Of a stretch of 64,000 nt of DNA, positions 44,890 through 60,078 are shown piece after piece. The notes under the pieces were generated by a model that saw only the letters and a list, made by a program, of their open reading frames with translations, did not search any database and was not told the DNA's origin. Numbering within the stretch: position 1 is the stretch's first letter; every line of letters begins with the position of its first letter. The stretch is from the human T2T-CHM13v2.0 reference genome, Homo sapiens. Both the position numbers and the translations under genes were made by a program. The stretch lies in NCBI RefSeq assembly GCF_009914755.1, contig NC_060929.1. The stretch is one strand, 5' to 3'.

Positions 44890-46805
44890 TTTTTTGTTTT
44901 CATTTTGTGAAGTGTTTATTAAATGATAACATCCATAGAGGACGGTCCACACATTTTGAGTCTAACTATTTGACTAATTTTTACCAAGTGAATATGCCTG
45001 TGTAATCACCACCCAGATTGAGAAACACATCACCAGCATCCCAGAAACTTTCCCTCCCAGTTAATACCCTCTTATCCAGGAAACCACTATTTTGATTCTC
45101 TTATCCTAAGTTAATTTTCATTCTCTTAAATTAGTGGATATGATTTGATATCACATTTGGTGGGGCTTTCTTTAATGCTTTCCTTGAGGCATAATTATTT
45201 ACATAACATAAAATTTAACCATAAGTATACACTTAATCATTTATAGACAACTTAGAGTTGTGCAACCATCACCATAATCAAGTTTCTGATCACCTAAAAA
45301 TTTCACCCTGCCTGTTTACAGCTAATGTCTACTCCCATTCCCATCTCCCACCCGAGACAACCACTAATCTGTGTTCTGTTTGTATATATTTGCCTTCTGT
45401 GGAAATTTTACAAATTGCAAGCACACAATATGTGCTCTCTTGTGTCTAGCTTCCCCCACTTAGCATAATGTTTTTGAGGTTTATCCATGTTTAATTAATA
45501 GTCACCACCTGCATTTTCTGGAAATACCACTGCACCCTTAATAGTCTCATAAAATCAAGTCCTGCAAAGGGGAAGATATAAATATTGAAAGAGGGTTTTG
45601 AATGACAGAGGTTTGTGAATCAGTAGTTTGTTTCTTCTTATGGATGAATAACATGCCAATGTGTGACTTTTGTTCATCAGTTCTCACACATTTTGGTTGC
45701 TTCTACTTTTTGGTTATTATGAATAGGGCCACAATGAATATACAAGTCTTTGTGGAGATATGTGTTCACTTACTTACCTTGGTAAGATACCTAGGAGTGC
45801 AATTGCTGGGCCATACGGTAAGTATGTCCTTAACATTTTAAAGAACTTCCAATCTGTTTATAACAGTGGTTGTACCTTTACATTCTCATACTAGCAATGT
45901 ATGAAGCTTCTAGTTTCTTCACATTCTTACCAATATTTCATATTAGTTTCGTTGATTCTAGCCATACTAATAAGCATGTAGTGCTATCGCATTGTGGTTT
46001 CATTTGTATTCGCCTAAGACTAATACTATTGAGCATCTTGTGTTTATTAGCCATTTGTATATTTTCATTAATAAAATTTCTACTTTAAACTTTTGCCCAT
46101 TTAAAAACCTTGAGTTACATGTGTTCTTTATATATTTGGACCACAAGTCATTTATCAGATATATTGTGATACAATCTGATTTATCTTTTTCTTTCATGGC
46201 TGTGCTTTTGGTGTCATATTTAAGAAATCTTTACCTAATCCAAGGTCACAAAGATTTTCTCCTTTTTTTTTTCCATAAGTTTTGTATTTGTAACTGTTAT
46301 ATTTAGACATATGATGCTGTTTGAATTAACTCTTATGTATAATATAAATTAAAGGTCTCTGTTCCTTACATGTACATTTGCTAAAAAGACTAATTTGAAT
46401 TGTATTGACATGAACATAAATATCAGGATTTATTTCTTGGGTATTTTTCCAGTTCTTTTGATCTATATGTTTATCTTTATTTCAATACTTTACTATCTTG
46501 ACTACTGTAGCCTTCTAGTAAGTTTTGAAATCAGATAGTGTTAGACATTCAATTTATTCTTTTTTTCCACAAAAATTATTGTTTTGACTATTCTAGGTCT
46601 TTTGCCTTTCCAGATATCTATTAGACTCTACTTATTAAACGAATAACAACCTCCTTGGATTTTGATAGGAATTTCATTGAACCTATAGATGAACTGCCAT
46701 ATTAAAAATATTCTGTCTTCTAACAAACACATGAACATGGTGTGTCTCTCTACTTGTTTAGATCCTGAATTTTGGTTGGCAATGTTTTATAGTTTTCAGT
46801 GTATA
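44890..46805 (-). mobile_element. Old L1M fragments, target of the young L1
   Basis: TGTGCAACCATCACCA, CACTTAGCATAATGTTTTTGAGGTTTATCC, ATACCTAGGAGTGCAATTGCTGGG; appears to continue at about 52800-53130. Confidence 0.75.
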
Positions 46806-47060
46806 GACCTTGTTTTTTTTTTATTTTTTTATTTTTTATTTATTATTATTTTTTATTATACTTTAAGTTTTAGGGTACATGTGCACATTGTGCAGGTTAG
46901 TTACATATGTATACATGTGCCATGCTGGTGTGCTGCACCCACTAACTCGTCATCTAGCATTAGGTATATCTCCCAAAGCTATCCCTCCCCCCTCCCCCCC
47001 ACCCCACAACAGTCCCCAGAGTGTGATGTTCCCCTTCCTGTGTCCATGTGATCTCATCGT

Positions 47061-50904
<3,844 letters not shown>

Positions 50905-50952
50905 TTATTTTGCTTGTTAGTTGATGCAGTTTCTTCCTAGTCTCAATGGTCT

Positions 50953-51962
50953 TTACATTTTGGCATGATTTTGCAGCACCTGGTACTGGTTGTTCCTTTC
51001 CATGTTTAGTGCTTCCTTCAGGAGCTCTTTTAGGGCAGGCCTGGTGGTGACAAAATCTCTCAGCATTTGCTTGTCTGTAAAGTATTTTATTTCTCCTTCA
51101 CTTATGAAGCTTAGTTTGGGTGGATATGAAATTCTGGGTTGAAAATTCTTTTCTTTAAGAATGTTGAATATTGGCCCCCACTCTCTTCTGGCTTGTAGGG
51201 TTTCTGCCAAGAAATCCGCTGTTAGTCTGATGGGCTTCCCTTTGAGAGTAACCCGACCTTTCTCTCTGGCTGCCCTTAACATTTTTTCCTTCATTTCAAC
51301 TTTGGTGAATCTGACAATTATGTGTCTTGGAGTTGCTCTTCTTGAGGAGTATCTTTGTGGCGTTCTCTGTATTTCCTGAATCTGAACGTTGGCCTGCCTT
51401 GCTAGATTGGGGAAGTTCTCCTGGATAATATCCTGCAGAGTGTTTTCCAACTTGTTTCCATTCTCCCCATCACTTTCAGGTACACCAATCAGACGTAGAT
51501 TTGGTCTTTTCACATAGTCCCATATTTCTTGGAGGCTTTGCTCATTTCTTTTTATTCTTTTTTCTCTAAACTTCCCTTCTCGCTTCATTTCATTCATTTC
51601 ATCTTCCATCACTGATACCCTTTCTTCCAGTTGATTGCATCGGCTCCTGAGGCTTCTGCATTCTTCACGTAGTTCTGGAGCCTTGGTTTTCAGCTCCATC
51701 AGCTCCTTTAAGCTGTATTGATTATTGCATTTATACATTCTTCTAAATTTTTTTCAAAGTTTTCAACTTCTTTGCCTTTGGTTTGAATGTCCTCCCGTAG
51801 CTCAGAGTAATTTGATCGTCTGAAGCCTTCTTCTCTCAGCTCATCAAAGTCATTCTCCATCCAGCTTTGTTCCGTTGCTGGTGAGGAAGTGTGTTCCTCT
51901 GGAGGAGGAGAGGCACTCTGCTTTTTAGAGTTTCCAGTTTTTCTGTTCTGTTTTTTCCCCAT
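50953..51962 (-). pseudogene. L1 ORF1, frameshifted near 51713
   Basis: MGKKQNRKTGNSK... (51708-51962) and ...REKRIKRNEQSLQEIWDY...NHAKM (50953-51738) are in different frames. Confidence 0.95.
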
Positions 51963-52409
51963 CTCTGTGGTTTTATCTACTTTTGTTCTTTGATGATGGT
52001 GATGTACCGATGGGTTTTTGGTGTGGATGTCCTTTCTGTTTGTTAGTTTTCCTTCTAACAGACAGGACCCTCAGCTGCAGGTCTGTTGGAGTACCCTGCC
52101 GTGTGAGGTGTCAGTGTGCCCCTGCTGGGGGGTGTCTCCCAGTTAGGCTGCTCAGGGGTCAGGGACCCACTTGAGGAGGCAGTCTGCCCGTTCTCAGATC
52201 TCCAGCTTCGTGCTGGGAGAACCATTGCTCTCTTCAAAGCTGTCAGACAGGGACATTTAAGTCTGCAGAGGTTACTGCTGTCTTTTGTTTGTCTGTGCCC
52301 TGCCCCCAGAGGTGGAGCCTACAGAGTCAGGCAGGCCTCCTTGAGCTGTGGTGGGCTCCACCCAGTTGGAGCTTCCCGGCTGCTTTGTTTACCTAAGCAA
52401 GCCTGGGCA

Positions 52410-52547
52410 ATGGTGGGCGCCCCTCCCCCAGCCTCGCTGCCTCCTTGCAGTTTGATCTCAGACTGCTGTGCTAGCAATCAGCGAGACTCCGTGGGCGTGG
52501 GCGTAGGACCCTCCCAGCCAGGTGCGGTCCGTCACCCCTTTCTTTGA
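52410..52547 (+). CDS. L1 ORF0 (antisense ORF of the 5'UTR), 45-aa in-frame-deleted variant
   Basis: MVGAPPPASLPPCSLISDCCASNQRDSVGVGVGPSQPGAVRHPFL; expression unknown. Confidence 0.5.
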   Translation: MVGAPPPASLPPCSLISDCCASNQRDSVGVGVGPSQPGAVRHPFL

Positions 52548-53149
52548 CTCGGAAAGGGAACTCCCTGACCCCTTGCGCTTCCCAAGTGAGGCAATGCCTT
52601 GCCCTGCTTCGGCATGCGCACGGTGCACGCACCCACTGACCTGCACCCACTGTCTGGCACTCCCTAGTGAGATGAACCCAGTACCTCAGATGGAAATGTA
52701 GAAATCACCGTCTTCTGCGTTGCTCACGCTGGGAGCTGTAGACTGGAGCTGTTCCTATTCGGCCATCTTGGCTCCTCCCCCAATACTGACCTTGTTTGTT
52801 AAACTCATTTTTTAGTTCCAGTTTTGTTTGTAGATTCTTTCAAATTTTTAAAATATAGTATTATATTTCTCTCATATTTCTCTCTAGAGAAAGGTATTTT
52901 CATGTTTTGCTTTTCAAAGTGTATGCCATCTATTTTTCCTTTGTCTATGGGCCTTATAACGTTGTATTTTTTTTTTCTGATTCAACTTGTAGGAATTCTT
53001 TATATATTTTAGTTAAGAGTTCTTCAGTGGCTATTTGTGTTATAAAATCTTTCATCCTGTGTCTTGCATTTTCATTATTTACTTAACTGCATCTTTTGAT
53101 ATACAGATATTTTCTATTAAAAATAGAATTTTATAGTAAGTTCTTCCAT

Positions 53150-53755
53150 ACAGCTAAAGAAAGAGCAAAACAAAGCACCAATCTTATACACATTCTTCCA
53201 TGACATATAAAATAAATAAAAACTCCCCTACTTGCCTTCTGAGGTAAGCATAATAGAACTTGACAAGAGCATTACAAGAAACCAAAATTGCAGGTCAAGT
53301 TTTCTAACGAACATGGATACAATATTCCTAAACAAAATATTAAAATCTAATGACACATAAAATAATATAACCAAGATGGGTTTATTCCAGGAATGCAAGA
53401 TTTATTTTACATTTCAAAGTCATTGCATTTCATTACATTAATGGAAGAAAGCAGAAAAATTTTATAAAATCAAGTGAACCTCAATATGATTAAAAAAAAA
53501 ATACCTGCAGTGGCCATTATATTTAACAGTCCCATACTGAAAGCCTTTTTTTACCCCCAAGTGTAGGAACTACATGAAGATGTCTGACATTGTGACTTCC
53601 ATACAGCATGTGCGAAAGCTTCTAGCCAGTGCAGTAGGAAAGAAGAATAACTGGCATAAGATTTGAAAAAATGAAGTAAAACTAGTAGTATTTGCAGATA
53701 ACATGCTTATGTACATTGAGAATCTTCATGTATATACATTTAAAAGTAAATTTTA
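53150..53755 (+). mobile_element. Old L1M ORF2 fragment (host element; appears to resume at about 62030-63000)
   Basis: GGGTTTATTCCAGGAATGCAAG; TATTTGCAGATAACATG (FAD-like motif). Confidence 0.7.
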
Positions 53756-55225
53756 GAGAAAATAAGGCAAGATGTTGGAATAGGACTTTCTAGCATTCAT
53801 TCCCCCACAGAAACTGAGGATGGAGAAATCAGTTTGCCCAATATCATAAAGCTATAAAATCATGAAGCTGGAATACAAACCTGATGAATTTGCATAGCTA
53901 CAATAATAGAAGTACAATGTTTTCATTGAAGATTTCTAAGGTATAAAAGAACATATTAAATTCAGTGCCTAAAGAATGTACATTACTGAAAACACCCAGG
54001 AGGGGTTGCATGTGCCAATATCTATGGGAACTCAGATATATCCTCTAAACTTTTCAAATGCAGTAGTTCTCAAAGTGGTTATGACATTAATGTTCTCAAA
54101 CAATTTGAAGATGGGCCTTAGATAATTTTTCCTCTAAGTACTGACATTTTTAAATGATTTAAACATTACAGCAGATGAGAGATTACAGCATCTGGTGTAG
54201 CACAGAAATAAGAGATACATTGAAGACGGTAGAAAGGACAGTTTCAAATTACCCATGTCACCTGTCCCCACAAGACCAGGCAGCACAGCATAGAGATAAA
54301 TACCATTTACTGAAGGGAAGAACAGGAAAGTAAGCACTAGAATTTTCCTGGGACCCAATTAAAACCTTAGACTAGCACTAGGCAGGCCCCCATGGCCATA
54401 GACTTCAGGCTTGTACCTGTGGACAGAGCATCCTGGCCTGCTTCAGCACAGGCTGGATCCTGTAGCTACAGGCTTTCCTGACAGACCCAGTTACAAGGCC
54501 CTCCACACCCTGAGGCATGCAACAGCACTCCCTAGCCATCAGGCTGGCACTTGAGGACCCAGACTTCAGGCCCATTCCAAGTTCCAGATCACTTTGGTGG
54601 ATCCACCCAGTACCAGAGTTGCTCTTGTAGATCTCCACTTTAGAAGACCTAGGGTCTAAGTTCATTCCAGTAGACCCCACTGCTGGCACAGCCCCAAAGA
54701 ATCCAGGCTCCAGAACTGCCCCTGTGGACCCTGTTTCCTAGCTTTCAGGCCAGCATCTACAAACCAAACCTTTAGGCCAGTTTCTGTGGACTCAGACTTC
54801 ATGACTTCCCTAGTAGCAGGGTCCAGGTTTCCTCCAATAAACCTTGGTTCCAGGCTGGCCCCTGTAGACTCAGGCTCAAGGCCTACCCCCACGCTTCTGT
54901 AGATCCAGGCTTCAGGCCAACCCCCATGGGTACAGTCTCTAGGTCCAATGACATAGATTCAGGTGCCAGACCTTCCTGCCTGCTGATGGACCACATCTGA
55001 TAGTCTGTTCAGAATATCAGGACAGGGTGATTGGCATTGTCTGGGAAAGCCCTTCACCAGTCTGCAAGCACTACAATAAGTTCCTACTTCTTCAAACACA
55101 CAAACATGAATATAAAGCAATGAGAAAACATTAAAAAACAAGGAGATATAATACCATCAAAAGAATACAATTTCCCAATAGCTAACTTCTAAAAAATGGA
55201 GACATACAAACTGCCTGACAAAGGA

Positions 55226-56205
55226 CAGTCATGCACCACATAAGGACGTTTTGGTCAATGATGAAGCACATGTATGATAGTGCTCCCTTCAATTATAATG
55301 GAGCTGAAAAATTCCTATTGCCTAGTGATACTGTAACCATCATAACTTTGTAACACAATGCACTATATGTTTGTGGTGATGCTTGTGTAAATAAACCCAC
55401 TGCCTTGCCAGTATATAAAAGTATTGCACATACGTATAGTACAAAATATTTGACAAAGATAATAAATATGTTATTGATAGAGGTATTCCGGAAGAAGGCA
55501 TTGCTATCCTAGGAAGTGAAATCTCTATTCATGTTACTGCTCCCAAAGGCAGTCCAGTAGGACAAGATATGGAGGTAGAAGACAGTGATATTTATGATAC
55601 TGACCTTGTATAAGCTTAGGCTAATGTATATGTCTGTTTTTAACAAAAACATTTAAAAAGTACAAAAAAAAATAAACACATATAGAATGATGATTTAAAG
55701 AAAATATTTTTGTCCAACTGTACAAGGTGTTTGTGATAAACGTAAGTGTGAGTTAAAAAAATTTAAAATTTATGAAGTAGAAAGTTACAGTAAGCTGAAG
55801 AAAGAAAATTTAAAAAATAAATTTAGTGTAGCCTAACTGTACAATGTTTATGAAGTCTACAGTAGTATACAATAATGTCCTAGGCCTTCACCAATCACTG
55901 ACTCACTCGGAGCCACTTCCAGTCCTGCAGTCCCCATTCACAGCAAGTGGCCTCTAGATTTTTAAAATAGCATACCACTTTAAAAATCTTTCATACCATA
56001 TTTCTACCATACCTTGTCTGTGTTTAGATACACAAATACATACAATTGTGTTACAACTGCCTATGGTACAGTAACATGCTATAAAGGTTTTTAGCCTAGG
56101 AGCAATAGGCTATACCATCTAGGTTTGTATAAGTACACTCTGATGTTCACATAAATGACAAAATTGCATAACATCACATTTCTCAGAATGTAACCTGGTT
56201 GTTTT
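55226..56205 (+). mobile_element. Tigger3/MER7 (Golem) DNA transposon derivative
   Basis: CAGTCATGCACCACATAAGGACGTTTTGGTC start; AGCCTAGGAGCAATAGGCTATACCAT; CATTTCTCAGAATGTA. Confidence 0.8.
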
Positions 56206-57361
56206 AAGGAAGTTCAGTAAGCATCAAATACAGGGAAAAAACTCAAGGAATAAGTGACCAAAATTAGAAACTTAACAGAGATCAAAGCACTTTAAAAAAA
56301 TCAAACAAATCCTGGAACCAAAAACCATAAAATGAAATTTTAAAAGCAATAGAACATGTCAACATGCAATAGCGGATTGATGATACAGAAGAATCAGTAA
56401 ACTCAAAGAAAATTATTTGAAAATATACAATTAGAGGAGAAAAAAGAGAAGAGAATGAAAAGAAATTAAGAAGGCTTTCTTCATTCTAAAAAGTTACGGA
56501 TTTGTGGGGCAGCATAAAAAGAGCAAATATTCGTTATTGGAGTTTGTGTAGGAGAAGAGAAAGAGGGCAGAAAGCTTACTTAAAGAAATAATAGCAGAAA
56601 ACTTTTCAAATATTGGGAAAGATATACCTATCCAGGGATAGGAACGTCAAATGTGTCCAAGAAGATTTAATCCAAACAAGACAACTCCAAGGCATATTTT
56701 ATAATCAAACTATCAAAAATCAAAGATAAGTAGGGGATCTCAAAAGCAGCAAAAGATAAGCATATTAGATATAATGGAGTTCCAATAAGGCAAGCATATT
56801 TCTCAGCAGAAGCCTCACCATCGAGGAAACGATATGTTAAAAAATTGTAGAAAAACAAAGCAAAACAACACAACTATGATCAAGAATATTTTTTTCTGGC
56901 AAAGATGTCCTTCAAAAATGAAGGAGAGATAAAGACTCTCCCGGCCAAACAAAAGCTGAGAGAGTTCATTACCACCAGATCTGCCTTACAAGAAATGCTA
57001 AAGGAAATTCTTTAAGCTGAAGGAAAAGGATGGAAATCAATAAGAAAACATATGAAAACATATAACTCACTGGTAAAAGTAAGTACACTTTTTTTTTCCA
57101 GAATATGCCCACGGTGGTATGTGAATCACATATTTTTAGTATAAGGAAAAATACGAAAATACAAAAAATAGTATCTACAATAATTTAAAGGGAATGCACA
57201 ATATAAAATGTATATTGTGACATTGAAAACATAAAATTTTGGGAGCAGGTGAAATAAAAGTGTAGAATTGTTTATGCAATCAAAGTTATTAGCTTAAAAT
57301 AGCCAGTTATAATTATGTTTTATGTAAGCCTCATAGTAAATACAAACTAAAACCTCGTAGT

Positions 57362-57518
57362 AGGCGAGGCACAGTGGCTCATGGCTGTAATCCTGGCACT
57401 TTGGGAAGCTGAGGCAGGCAGATAACCTGAGGTCAGAAGTTTGAGACCAGCCTGGCCAACATAGTGAATACTAAAAATACAAAAATTTGTACTACAAATA
57501 CAAAAATTAGCTGGGTGT
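57362..57518 (+). mobile_element. AluS left-arm fragment
   Basis: GGCACAGTGGCTCATGGCTGTAATCC...AAATACAAAAATTAGCTGGGTGTG. Confidence 0.85.
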
Positions 57519-58786
57519 GTTTCAATGTAAATAAATCTTCCAATCAAAAGACCAAGTGGCTGAATTGGGGGGAAAAATACACAACTACATGTTGCCTACA
57601 GTAGAAGCATTTCACTATTAAGGTTACAAATTGACAGTGAAGGGATAAAAAAAGATATGCCATGTAAGAAGAAAAAATGAGAGCAGAGATAGCTGCACTT
57701 ATATAAGATAAAGTAGATTTTAAGTCAAAAACTGCAAAATGAGACAAAGAACATCATTTATATAAAGAGACTTATTAATCAAGAGGATATAACATTTGTA
57801 AATATATATGTACCTAACATTGGAACACCTAAATAGATAAAGCAAATATTAATGGATCAGAAGGGAGAAATAGAGTACACTGAAATTATGTAGGGGACTT
57901 TAATATCCCACTTTCAGCAATGAACAGATCATTCAAACTGACTTGAATTACACTTTAAACTAAATGGACCTCACAAGACGTATATAGAACATTCCATCTA
58001 ACAGCAACAGAATATACATTTCTGTCAAGCACACATGGAACATTTTCTAGGGTAGACCACAAAACAAGCCTTAACAAATTCAAGAAGATTGGAATTATAT
58101 CAGCTATCTTTTCTGATCACACGGTATGAAACTAGAAATCAGTAACAGTTGAAAATTTAGAAAATTTACAAAAAACATAGAAATGAAACAACTTGCTACT
58201 GTAAAACCACTAAAAGGAATATCATAAAATACCTTGAAACAAATGAAAATGGGCATGCAACATGCCAAAACATGGGGTACAGCAAAGGCAGTTTAAGATG
58301 ACAGTTTACAGTGATAAATGTGTACATCAAGAAAGACCTTAAGTAAATGACCCAATATTACACTTCAAGAAATTACAAAAAGAGCAAATTAAGTCCAAAA
58401 GTTAGCTTAAGGAAGAAAATAATAGAGATTAGAGACTAGAAAAATAATTTAAAAATCAACAAAACTAGGGATTTTTTAGAAAAATAAAATCTACAAATCT
58501 TTAGGTAGACTTCTAAAAAGACCCAAATGAAATCAGAAATGAAAGAAGAAATACCACCAACAAAGAGGATCATAAGAGACTCTAAGCAACAATAGATTTG
58601 ATAACCTAAAAGTAATGGATAAATTCCTAGATACAAACAACTTACAAAGACTGAGTCATCAAGAAAATCCAAAGAGGTCAATAACGAAGAAAAACATTGA
58701 TTCAGCGATGAAAAAGTATCACATCTAAGAAAAGCCCAGGACCTGATGTCTTTACTGATAAATTCTACCAAATATTTAAAGAAGAA

Positions 58787-58972
58787 CTGGGCGTAGTGGC
58801 ATGCACCTGTAGTCCCAGCTACTTGGGAGGCTGAGCCAAGAGGATCACTTGAGGCTAGGAGTCCAAGGCTGTAAGATGCTATGATTATGCCTGTCAATAG
58901 CCACGGTACTCCAGCCTGGGCAACAGAGTGAGAACCTATTTCTACAAAAATAAAAATAAAAGAATAAATAAA
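58787..58972 (+). mobile_element. AluJ right arm / FRAM
   Basis: CTGGGCGTAGTGGCATGCACCTGTAGTCCCAGC...GGATCACTTGAGG with A-rich tail. Confidence 0.85.
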
Positions 58973-59450
58973 TACTAATCTTTCTCAAATTCTTCAAAAA
59001 AATCTAAGAGGAAGCAATATTTCCCAACCCATTTCATGAGGCCAGCATTACCCTGATACCAAATCCACACAAGGACACTACAGGAAAAGAAAATTATAGG
59101 CCAATATCCCTGATACAGATACAAAATTTCACAACAAAATACTAAAACACATTAAAAACAAAATTCAAAAACACATTAAAATGATCATTCACCATGATCA
59201 ACTGGGACTTATCCCAGGGATGCAAGGGTGATTCAACATATACAAATCAGTAAATGTGATAATACCACATTAACAGAATGAAGCACAAAACTCTGATGAT
59301 CATCTTCATAGATGCATAAAAGGCACTTGATGAAATTCAACATAGTTTCATAATAAAATATCTCAGTAGATTAGGTTTCAAAGGAATATACTTCAACACA
59401 ATAAAGGCCATGTGTGACAACCCCACAGCTGACATCATCCTTACTGGTGA

Positions 59451-59708
<258 letters not shown>

Positions 59709-59878
59709 TAGTACTGGACCATTCTAACCAAAGCAATGAGGCAAAAGAAAGAAAAAAGAGGCATTCAACAGGAGAGAAAGAAGTGAAATTGTCACTATTT
59801 ACTGATAATACGATTTTATATACAGAAAACTTTAAAGATCTGTTAAAAAAAAAACCTGCTAGAACAAATAAATGAATA

Positions 59879-60078
59879 CAGCAAGGCCTCAATCTTGTCA
59901 AAAGATTCTTGGAAACTGCAACTTTAAGTGAAATGACCTATAATGAAACCATTTTTTCTCAACATTATAATTAAACAACATTGAAGGAATCTACTTTATT
60001 CAAGGACCTGTCATATGTCATTTCATTTAAAGTCATTCTTTCTGAAAGCCACTGATGGTGTTAAATGAGGACTTACTG
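59879..60078. mobile_element. Tigger5/MER47-like MITE
   Basis: Terminal inverted repeats CAGCAAGGCCTCA / TGAGGACTTACTG; TTCTTGGAAACTGCAACTTTAAG. Confidence 0.7.

Noticed and set aside
54380-54960. GC-richer imperfect CCAGG/GTGGAC tandem array as a novel repeat or promoter
   Set aside because: Consistent with the repetitive 5'UTR of old L1M elements, and CpG-depleted.
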